A DNA stretch of 64,000 bases from Yuukianura sp. NJ FZ-2021 (Eukaryota), in NCBI GenBank assembly GCA_046563655.1, contig CM102286.1:7936001-8000000 (forward strand), read 5' to 3'. The notes below the pieces were generated by a model. That model did no database searches, was not told the DNA's origin, and saw nothing but the letters and a program-made list of their open reading frames with translations. Below are positions 14,042 to 25,500 of the stretch, piece by piece. The stretch's first letter is position 1. Every line of letters begins with the position of its first letter. The translations under genes and the position numbers were made by a program.

Positions 14042-16576
14042 ATCCAAAACAGCCCGGAATTCAAATCAGCCATTCTTTAGTTTGTGTATATAAAAGTTAT
14101 GACTTCAATATTTCGATAATATTTTTGATGTAATTCCATGTTGTCTCATGTAGCAGAACGAATATATTCGCAAACCAAACCCAAACATTCCCAAAACGAT
14201 TGATTTAGATTATTTTTGGGCGATATTTTTGTTTCTTCCGGTTTATTTTTAATAAATAATAAGTCATGAATAATCTCAATCTGCCAGTGGCCGGTCTACG
14301 TTGTTGTTGTTGTTTCTTTTGTACTTTCGCAAATAAAAATCTTCTGCCTATTTATAAGTTATGATTCTATGTTTAATAAAAAGAAATCTTGCAGCGAAGC
14401 CCTAATTAGCTGCTGAAAAACTTAAATGGTTTGCTGTGTACAACAATCTAATTTAACTTCAGGCATACAAGCCTATTTAACTTTTTATGGTCTGACAGTG
14501 CCCCGATTAAAGTGTAATGTTAAGCCCAATAAATCCACAAGACCCCGCTGCTGTTTTTGACATTTGCTTTCCACTTCCTTGTGCCAAGTCAACGTTCGGA
14601 GAAAGTAATTATTTTCCAGAAAACTTTTCCTGGTTCTCGGCATTAGTAGAGGCCGGAGAAGGCTTAGGGGCTTAGGTAAGATTAAAGTCAAAGTAATGTA
14701 TTATAAAATCACATTTTTAAAATAAGCGTTTTCTGTAAACTGAATGGTTTTTTTTAAAGTAATTTTGAACCAACATCAGGATGAATTAGAATTGATGACC
14801 AAATTTTACTTGTATCTTTTCGTTGAATTTGTGATACTTACCACTAACCATTTTTAGCAGACTGTCAGACAAAAATTAGCGTTCCACATACTTATTAGCA
14901 CTTTTTTGGCTATGCGGTAATTTTAAACGCATTAAGTTGTCGCTCTTCGTATAGGCTTTACGTGCTTTTAAAACTGAAATTTAACACAACGTTTTAAATT
15001 TTAATTAACGCAGGATGACACACCCAACATCCCTCCAAGTATGTTGTATGTTGATGGTTATGACATGTAAATCAAACATTTTATCAGGCGACTAGAATGT
15101 ATTTCGGTATGCATATAATTATTACCTCCTTTGATTCTAAAGAGGTTTTCTTAGAAAAATGGAGCGTTGTTCAAAAAATTTTTGTTTATATAACAAAATC
15201 GAAAGAATGGATGCAAATTAAAACTAACGCAGCTATTTTTCAACCGAAACGCAGTGAAATAGGAATTTATCAAAATTTTAGAAAATGGAGTGAAGGTTTC
15301 ACTTTATTTCCTAAAATTTCATTGTGAAAGCAGCAATCAGGAAATCTCTTTCCTTGTCAGTGTTTTTACTTTGCTTTCGCAGAAAAAGTTCGCGACCTAA
15401 AATAATCGTGTTAACACGATTTCTTTCGAGTGATTCATTTTCTTGTTAATGTTAACAAAAAAAAAGTAAAATGTCAAATGCACAATAAGAAAATCCGGAC
15501 GTAAAGTGCTTGGTAAAACTTGGTGCCTTATCGATTCCAACGTTCAAAATGTTCAAGTGTTGCACGCATTTTGGACTTTTCGAAATAACTAGGTTCGAAA
15601 AACGTCTAGACGTGAAAAGCTAGGAAGTAGAAACGGAGGAAATTAGCATATATGGTCAATTAGCAAGAGCTGGAAGTTGTGCTAAGTTTCTGTACTAAAG
15701 CGATTTCAACACGCAAAGGTAGGTCAGAAACATCTAATTTCCTCAAGCGTCCTAACTCCAGAATAACTTTGTTTGATGTTATTTCAACAAATGGCGTTTA
15801 GAAACTTACTTTAGCCCTCTCTTCATTCATAGTCAATGTAAACCACTTCAGCATAAACTGAAAGTTGAGCGAAGGGGCTGTCGACACAGAAAGTGGAAAG
15901 TCCCCGCCACAAACCGAGTTCGTAAAAGTACGCCTGGAAAGTTCTCAAACTTCAAAGGATGTCAGAGCTGATACAGTCGAAGCAACGCCGAAATCGGGGG
16001 CTTCACTTGGGGTTTGATGAAGCAAACCCACAAAATCCCATTTGATCTTCCAAATGCGGAATTCATTCCAACTTAAACTTTTAAATCATGGCGAGAAAAC
16101 GTTCAAATAAAATAGAACGTTGCGAAAACATTTTTTTTTTAGCAAAAAAGTTGGTCGATACTCATCATTAGAGCTGACAACCAATGTCAGCGTTCCGGGA
16201 TTAAGGTAAAATGAATGAACGCGCTAGCGTAGGTGCTGAAGCCATGAATTAGAACTTACGAAGTATGACAAATTTTATAGCAGTGTTCATAATCTAACAT
16301 AATCTAAAGGTATGTCATAGAGTTTTGGTGCGGGTTGTTAGATTTTATGGTCCAATTTATTTGATCAATAGACGTTAATCCCTTTTGTTTAGTAACTGGT
16401 AAAATGGACGAAACGAAATTCCCGGGAGACTTGAATTGAAGTGTCTCGGAGGTTTGGGAGGCAGGACACGTCGTGATCTCGTACAGAAGCGGGTGAGAAG
16501 AAGCGTGGGTAGACAGAAAGGAGTCTTTTTGACATGAGATCACGTCTGGTGGGTTTAATGCAACTGGGAATTGTGT

Positions 16577-19500
16577 TCACTTCTTTTTCGGCTGCGGCTG
16601 TGTCCCTTTAGCATTATTCGGATCCACAATTTCGCCCGTGACGTAAGTTCGACGGCGGAATCTGCAATAGCAATATTGAATGAAACCTTTGAAGAGGAAA
16701 CACTCTGAAATGGGTTTTTTGATTCCCGAAATTGGCAATTTGAATCAGCCCAATGAACCCGTGAGTCTTTGGTTGTTTTGAAAATGTACGCCACTGACCT
16801 GTGTTCGGTTGCAAATGGAGCGATCTCGGATGGTTGTGCGGCGGCTGGTTTGGCCTTTCGTAATTCTTGTAAACTAAGCAGAGACTTCTCAGAAGCGACA
16901 GCCGATTTGCGTGGATCTGCCGTAGGTTTTGGGGATTTGAAGTAACCTTAAAAAAAAGTGAAAACAAAATTTTCAATAACACCAATATGGTTGACAAAAA
17001 ATTGAAATCATGACAATAACTTTTGAATAGACCAAGACATTTTACTTTTGTCTTTGGATGTAACTTGAGCGGGTTGACCAACATTTGGTGTTGTGGGTTC
17101 CAAGCCTTCGATGAACACTTCTTCTTTTTCCTTGGCTTCATCTTCAGCGTCAGCTTTTGTTTTGGGCTAAAATAAGAAAAAAAAAAAAGTAAGTGGATTT
17201 TAGTTCCGAATTGCATTCTATTCCAAATTCAAGCGTCACAGGAACACAGGAAACAACAACATGTCAGTTTTTACCATAACAAAACTAAAATTGTCCCAGT
17301 TTTCTCGTTTGCACAATATGAGTGAACGTCAAATGCTAAAGGTTTACATTACATTCTACTCAAAAACCACACTAGAGTAATATTACAGCGTATCGAGTCA
17401 CTTTAGTAGATTGCCTCACTTTTGTATTGTCTATTTCTAGGTTTTCAATCATTTCAACTTTGTGGTGGTTAAATTCTACCGATCAAATGACTTCCATTTC
17501 GCCACGACATTTGAAAACTAATCAATATTAAATTAGTCTCAACCTCATCCATTTCGTCACTCCAATGCGTTCACAACCTGGAATGGAAAAATTCTTTGGT
17601 GAACCAATCAGAGTTTATAAACTCTCTAAACTACTTCATAAAATTTTCAACATGTTGAAGTCAAGCACGAACAGGAACACTGACTTTACTTTGCTTTCCT
17701 AAATTAGGAAGCGTTTCAAACTAGATCTGGTCAAACATTATAGTATAATACGATTTCATAAGCCGTGATAGCAACGAGAAATTAAGGCTAGCGGCTTCAC
17801 TGTTTAAAAGTCTAGCGATGTTATTATTATCAAGCTCAACGCGTAAGAGGATAGCGCGTGTGCATTTGATAGTCGTTTAAATTGTTTTTCGGGATTTCTT
17901 TGAAATTTTTCATGCAAAACACAAGCGGGGATACAAAGACTCTGTTTCCTTCAAATATGATTGAACCCTAACTTTGCAAGAAAATACAAAGAGCTTATTT
18001 TAGGCATGTTTTCTAGAATCAGTCGCTCTAGAAAAACAAAACAGGTTATAAGTGGGCGTAGAAAAAAATAACAATAACGTTGCCACTTGTTTGAACCATT
18101 TCATGTAAAAACGACCTGCCAAAGCTGAATTTTAAATTTTCAATCTCATCAAAAAACGCTATTCCAGAAATACGTCAGTAGAGTATTCGAGGGTGAGTTT
18201 ACCTCATTTATTTTTAGCTCAGCCGCGGGGCTAGTCGGGCGCAATATTGGGGAGGGGAAAAAGGGTCCCTCAAAATCTAAAAACGACAAAACATTGACAA
18301 AAATATCAACATCAAAAATATCAACAACAAAAATGTCAACACCAAAAATGCAACGTTTCACAAGAAGAGGTTTGCATACTTTGCCGCGGGGCTCGTCGGG
18401 CGGGGAAAACCCTCAAAGTCTAAAAAGATCGATTATCCCAGCAAATTCACCGTTTAACCTAACAAATTCAACGATTATCCTGAGAAATCCACTGATCAAC
18501 CTAAGAAATTCGCTACATAACCTATGAAAATGGTCGCCTACGCTAATCCCTTTGTTGTTCAAAATTGTTGAAAGCTGTCTCTAACCGTATGAAACCGTAT
18601 GTAGCCGTCTGTAACTGACTACGACGCTTCCGGAATCTATTTTTAGAACTCGCATCCACTACGCCACGTTCCCGGGCGCCGTGAAAACTTCAGAATTTGC
18701 TAATCAAAGTCTCCAGAAGTTCTCCAGTATCAAGACCGCTATCGAACTTTCCAGATCCCCCAATATTTTAAAAGATGGCTACAGAGTACAAAGTATTCAA
18801 GCCGAAACGCTTGAACACCTCATGGCTACAGTGTTGGATTTATCCAGCCAAGTCCTGGAGGAGCCTTTGGGCCGTGTGAGCCAGCCATTGGAAGCCAGCC
18901 CTTGGACGCCAGCCCTTGGACGCCAGCCCTCAATTCGCATGAATTTTTAACGTAATATAACAACTTCACTGCATAATACAATGGCGTCTCTGCATAATAC
19001 AATAGCTTCTCTGCATAATACAATGGCGTCTCTGCATAATACAATGGCCTCTCTGCATAATACCATGGCCCAGTTGTATAATACCACAACGTCATTACAT
19101 AATGCCGAGTTTGTTCTGTACAACATAGCGAGTTTGCGAGAGTAAAGTCTAGACTTTGTCAATGTCACGGGAACTTACTCCGTGAGTACACGTTGCAGAG
19201 TTCTTCCTCGGAATTATTTCCCGCAGGTAACCTTCCTTCGAGAGTCAGATCATCGTCAATACCATGGTCACGTTGTATAATACCATGGTCACGTTGTATA
19301 ATACCATGGTCACGTTGTATAATGCCATGGTCACGTTGTATAATACAATAACCTCACTGCATAATACAACATTTTTTTGTCAATTTTACATCCAACCACC
19401 ACCACCACCACCCCAACGTACCCATCCATGCAAAAGTATAAATAGCGACGTTGCCTAGCTCATCTCTCAGTTTCATTTCAGACGTTGAGCTGTGAAGACG

Positions 19501-22500
19501 TGAAGATTTTACCATCTGGAGCGGTTAGGCTAACAGTCATGGCGCAAAAATACATTCTTGTTCACGAAGACGACTACAACAGTCTACTGGATCAGCTTGA
19601 GACATATGAGTCTCAGCAAAACAGCCCTTGCAAAAGTTATTTTGGTGAAAAGCAAATCCATGATGGTTTTTTGCCTGATACTAAACCCGTACAATACTTA
19701 CAGCAACATACAATGAACATGCCTCAGAGCCGTGAGCCAAAGGAGCTTTATGAGCGTAATTCGCGAGATTCTGGGAACCACATTCCAATCGAACTTCAGA
19801 ATCATATGATGCAAACGGAATTACGCCAGAACTGGGAAAATCAACGGAAGCAAAGGGAAGGCTACGTCAATGTGAACGTTGTAAGCGATAGGCGGTTGAA
19901 TGATATAGCTACAAATCACTTTACCGGATGGGATGGTGGACGGGAAAAGTCAGCCAGAAAAACCGAAGACAGATATGACCGAATTACGCCCTGGTCAGAA
20001 AATCCAACGAATGATTGGTCAAATATTGTGGTAAAGCCGAATGACGCGCTCGAGATGCCATTTTCCAAGAGATTTAAAAAAGAATCGCAAATAGCGAAAG
20101 ATGAAACGCCGACAGCAGCACCGACAACTCCACCGTTTACTCTGGACCAGTTTTCAGCTGTTGGAAAACAGCTAGCACAATTTTTTGTAGCAAATGGTGC
20201 AACCTTTGCGAGCAATAGCGTTAGTCTGGGTGATGCCAACATACCCAGGAGCGAGTTCGAGGAGGGAATACGAAAACTTGCGGATGGAAGATATAAGTTG
20301 ACAAGACAAATGATTCCTGTCATCGTAGACTTTATGATTCAGACAGGCATTCCAAAATATCTGCTTCCGATCAGCCACCGAGGCTTGCTCGTTCGAGATG
20401 AACCTAAAAAGCTTTCTAGAAATCGCCCGCACGTGGAAAGTGATGTAGAAAATGAAGAAGAAGAAGATGACGAGGAAGACGAAGGGGATGAAGAAGGGGA
20501 AGAAGTCGAAGAAGAAATAGAAGAAGAGGAGGAAAACGAGGAAGACGAAGGGGATGAAGAAGGGGAAGAAGAGTATAGACAAACTGGAGGAGCTAAACCA
20601 TCACCAGGTCCCATACGACATTATCAATTTCTCCACCAGATGAACCAACACTCCCCTATTATACGCGAGACACTTCTCTCCACAGCGTCTCCTGGTCAAA
20701 TCCTTGGGTTACACAAATGTGTTCAGGACGTAATCCAGGGCAACATTCCTATTGAGGCCACCGTCAAAAATATCTTGAGACCGCATCGATATAAGATTAA
20801 ACGTGTTGCAGAAGCTAAAGGATCGATTGAAGACAAGAAAAAACTACTTATACAACACGGCGGGTTCCTGCCAGCTCTTCTCGCTGCCGCATTACCAATA
20901 CTTGGAGAGTTTCTCACTAGCGTAATTTCGTAGAATTATACACCTTTATGACTGTATATTCGTTAGATTCCGAATTTTCAAAATAAAAAAACTTGAAAAT
21001 AGAACTTTTATCGTGTAATGTGTTTATTCATTCATTCATTAGCATAGATTCGACAATTTTCAGGAAATATATTATCTCTAATGCGAAACAAATCATTTTG
21101 TCGTTGAGTTAAATCGATGAATAGATATCCATATTGCTTTGACATGCATTCCTTGTAGGCTTCTTCCATGGTTGTATTCTTCTTTCCTCCATTCATTTGA
21201 CGTCCAAGACAAGCTACAAATTGAGAGTCTCGCGGATTCTTCATTAGAGCAATGTAGTGACAGTTTGACGTGATTTCTTTCATATTCCTGTGAAAAAAGT
21301 TTTGCACAAGAATGATGAGTGATACGTTGCGGTGATGCGAAGTCCTTGTGAACGCAGCTCCAACTTCTCCGTTTTTGCCTGCTTCATGCATCAAATCGTC
21401 AAGGACGACGACTGACGGCTTGTCGGTTCCGTCATGCCATTTTTCAGGAAGTCCACGATGAAATTGTATAGTTGGAATCTTGGTCTTCAATTCTCCAAAC
21501 AGCGTAGGCTGGAACTCAGTGTAGCAATACATGATACGTTCCAAGGGCTCGTCAATATTAGTCTCGATAATTTCGTTTCGTCGTAGAAGTATTTGCTTCA
21601 CAAGGGTGCTTTTGCCGCTCTGAGTCATTCCACTGATGCACATAGTAAACGGTGCAACCAAATGCGGGTCAAACTTTTTCCCAGAGTGTACATGTCGAAA
21701 CATAGTAGATTTTTCCCGCTGATTCATGCATACCTGAAGCATTTTCGATACTGCGACGCTACTATGACAAGTTAACTTGTGTCGTTTCATTGCGTCCCTT
21801 CGTGAGAATTGTCTGCGGCAAATATCGCACGCTGTACTGGTTTCCATGATGTATAGTCCACAGAATCTTCACGTCTTCACAGCTCAACGTCTGAAATGAA
21901 ACTGAGAGATGAGCTAGGCAACGTCGCTATTTATACTTTTGCATGGATGGGTACGTTGGGGTGGTGGTGGTGGTGGTTGGATGTAAAATTGACAAAAAAA
22001 TGTTGTATTATGCAGTGAGGTTATTGTATTATACAACGTGACCATGGCATTATACAACGTGACCATGGTATTATACAACGTGACCATGGTATTATACAAC
22101 GTGACCATGGTATTGACGATGATCTGACTCTCGAAGGAAGGTTACCTGCGGGAAATAATTCCGAGGAAGAACTCTGCAACGTGTACTCACGGAGTAAGTT
22201 CCCGTGACATTGACAAAGTCTAGACTTTACTCTCGCAAACTCGCTATGTTGTACAGAACAAACTCGGCATTATGTAATGACGTTGTGGTATTATACAACT
22301 GGGCCATGGTATTATGCAGAGAGGCCATTGTATTATGCAGAGACGCCATTGTATTATGCAGAGAAGCTATTGTATTATGCAGAGACGCCATTGTATTATG
22401 CAGTGAAGTTGTTATATTACGTTAAAAATTCATGCGAATTGAGGGCTGGCGTCCAAGGGCTGGCGTCCAAGGGCTGGCGTCCAAGGGCTGGCTTCCAATG

Positions 22501-25500
22501 GCTGGCTCACACGGCCCAAAGGCTCCTCCAGGACTTGGCTGGATAAATCCAACACTGTAGCCATGAGGTGTTCAAGCGTTTCGGCTTGAATACTTTGTAC
22601 TCTGTAGCCATCTTTTAAAATATTGGGGGATCTGGAAAGTTCGATAGCGGTCTTGATACTGGAGAACTTCTGGAGACTTTGATTAGCAAATTCTGAAGTT
22701 TTCACGGCGCCCGGGAACGTGGCGTAGTGGATGCGAGTTCTAAAAATAGATTCCGGAAGCGTCGTAGTCAGTTACAGACGGCTACATACGGTTTCATACG
22801 GTTAGAGACAGCTTTCAACAATTTTGAACAACAAAGGGATTAGCGTAGGCGACCATTTTCATAGGTTATGTAGCGAATTTCTTAGGTTGATCAGTGGATT
22901 TCTCAGGATAATCGTTGAATTTGTTAGGTTAAACGGTGAATTTGCTGGGATAATCGATCTTTTTAGACTTTGAGGGTTTTCCCCGCCCGACGAGCCCCCG
23001 CGGCAAAGTATGCAAACCTCTTCTTGTGAAACGTTGCATTTTTGGTGTTGACATTTTTGTTGTTGATATTTTTGATGTTGATATTTTTGTCAATGTTTTG
23101 TCGTTTTTAGATTTTGAGGGACCCTTTTTCCCCTCCCCAATATTGCGCCCGACTAGCCCCGCGGCTGAGCTAAAAATAAATGAGGTAAACTCACCCTCGA
23201 ATACTCTACTTACGTCATTCCAAAATCTTTAACAATTGAACCAAGAAGACCAAAATCGTAGACGGGAAGACTGGAAGACTATAGAATCGTAGGTGGAAAT
23301 GGGAGCAGATGCCTTACCGCTTTGTCTCCAGCAAATCGAATCCCGATCTTCCTCATGGCAGACATGGCTTCATCGATTGCATTCAACACGTCACGGTCAG
23401 TTTCATTTTCCCGGAGTCGCATTGCCGTTTCATCCAATTTTTGCAATAATTTATCATCGTCGGATCTCTGCAGTGTATTTTTCATGTCGGGCATCATGTT
23501 AGACACTTTCATTCTGACATTGGCCACGGCATCGTCTAAAAAACAAAACAAAAAAACAGTGACCTAGAAAATTTTAATTCTTTCAACACAATCCCAAACC
23601 GGGTTGCACTTAATGTTAATCGTTCATCTTTACTTAAAAACGCTTTAAAATAACATGTGCCGAATATTTTCGCGTTACCGGCCATTTGTAGTGTCTGGTC
23701 AAAAAAATGTTCGCGAAAATACTTTCGTGAAAAAGTGTCGATGATTTTCCGTGACATGTATAGAAACAGCATGCGGTCCTGGACGCTCTTCCCTTTGGCG
23801 AAACCTGTACAAAGGGCAAAAACAAATTAATGTGAGGAGGACAAAACATTGGGGAATAATTCTACGGTTGCATCAAACACACTCCAACATTTCCTCCAAT
23901 TTCAACATTCCCTACACTTTCCTTGTCATTCTGAGCAAAAACTTGGAAAAAGCCCGGGATGTGCCGGGAATCCCTGGAGTGTCGTTCGCAGAGAGCAGGT
24001 TGGTTGATTAGACGGATGTCCTAGGTTGTTGTCAGAGATGTGGCAATGAAAAAGGACTAGAATAATACTAAGGCAGCACGTCGCAAACTGAAACTTTTCC
24101 TGCCCGCCCACATCCTGTATACGTGGGCCCTCCAAAAACTTCTGTCATTGGAGCTGAAGTGTCGAGCACAAACGTAACGACAAAATAGCTTACGGAGATA
24201 AAACTTTTTGGTCCTGGAAAATGAAATGGAAGGAAACAAAGCGCAAAAGTATGAGGGGAGAATCGACTCATAAATGCACCTAACACACACAAGAACAACA
24301 TGCACACACACAACCAAATGTTACACTTTTCACACGTCTAACACGTTACACACACGTCTACCACTTTCGCACACGTCTACTACTTTCGCACACGTCTAAA
24401 AGTGTTACTTTCCGCACACCTCTAAGACTTGCATTTCACACACCTCTAAGACTTGCATTGCACACACCTCTAAGACTTGCATTGCACACACCTCTAAGAC
24501 TTGCATTGCACACACCTCTAAGACTTGCATTTCACACACCTCTAAGACTTGTATTTCTCACACGTCTAAGGATTTTGTTCTCACACACCTCTAGACTTTG
24601 TTTTCTCACACAAGAACAACTCTCTCCGCCTACTTTTTTTGTTCGCCTCATCACGTGGTCTGCAGCGAGGGAATCCCACTTGAACACAGATATTTATCTG
24701 GTCAGACCCTGTTCTTTGTGTACGAAATCGTTTGTTTTCGTAAGTGGAGTTACCGACTTATTAATTATTACCGACGGATTATTTAGTATCACCATGGATC
24801 TCACATGACAACGTGTATTAAACCTATTAGACGAACTGAGGAGCGCGATTACATCTCCAAATACAAACAGTGGAAACATGAGAATGTTATAATCATAGTA
24901 CAGAGTAACCCCTAAGTTAGCAAAACAAATCCCTCCCCTTTTTCAGCGGCGGGTACCGTAACAGTTCAAAAAGGAGCGAAAAGGTTGCCGTTGTAAATTT
25001 TTTGTTGACAAACTGATAAGAGTAAAGATAAGAATAACCTCACACTGGAACTTTACGATAACAAGGCGGTGCGTTTTTTGAATCTAACCAATAAGAGCGA
25101 TTTGCTAACTCAGGGGTAACTCTGTATAACTGCTTAATGTAATAATTGCGTCGTCGCGATTTAAGCTACCAAGGTTCAAAGCCTTATTTAAGCGAGAGTG
25201 GGTAGCCTTTGAAATTAAATTTTCATAACTTTTGACTTGGACCAGCAAGAAAGCTACAAATTTCTTGAAACATCCTTTAATATAGAAGCTTTAAGTGTAC
25301 AAAAGGATTTCAGAATCTGGACAGTCGTTTTTTGGCAGCAGTAAAAGAATTGCACTTGACGAATTTATATCTTAAATGAAATTAAATTGTCATAACTAAT
25401 AAATGAACACAATTTCCAACGCAACTGATCACAATGCGAATCAGTTCGAGATCGTCAGAATTAGTCATAGTGATTACTGTACTGTTTGTTCAGTTGTATG

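Larger units (their letters stand above)
18177..19508 (+). repeat. Left terminal inverted repeat (1,332 bp)
   Basis: Reverse complement of 21864-23210. By eye the only differences are one extra 14-bp GGGCTGGCGTCCAA unit and one extra base in a C run on the right arm, which account for the 15-bp length difference. Confidence 0.95.
18177..23210. mobile_element. Miniature non-autonomous Maverick/Polinton-like element (5,034 bp)
   Basis: 6-bp TSD TACGTC at 18171-18176 and 23211-23216; termini AGTAGAGT.../...ACTCTACT; TIRs 18177-19508 and 21864-23210; encodes an A32/FtsK-type ATPase. A 6-bp TSD, AG..CT ends, long TIRs and a packaging ATPase are established Maverick traits. Confidence 0.9.

Noticed and set aside
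16614..17216. 200-aa minus ORF as a separate gene
   Set aside because: Read-through of introns in the wrong frame; the region holds the last three PPP4R4-like exons.
18966..19345. CRISPR-like appearance of regularly spaced repeats
   Set aside because: Head-to-tail tandem units without unique spacers, no cas genes, eukaryotic context.
18149..19458. Short ORFs in the TIR (LYYAETP, VLCREAI, MVTLYNT repeats) and their mirrors at 21914-23232
   Set aside because: By-products of 21-bp and 15-bp tandem repeats that stay open in several frames on both strands; no coding evidence.
19485..19538. ORF-track start for the 482-aa ORF
   Set aside because: It is a TTG inside the TIR-derived leader; first ATG is 19539.
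19916..20614. Minus-strand ORFs overlapping ORF1 (poly-F, poly-S)
   Set aside because: Antisense shadows of the GAA-rich acidic tract.
18177..23210. Assembly artefact (inverted chimera) explanation for the long palindrome
   Set aside because: The 6-bp TSD, Maverick-type termini, two small arm differences and in-frame host exons on both sides argue for a real insertion; long reads would settle it.
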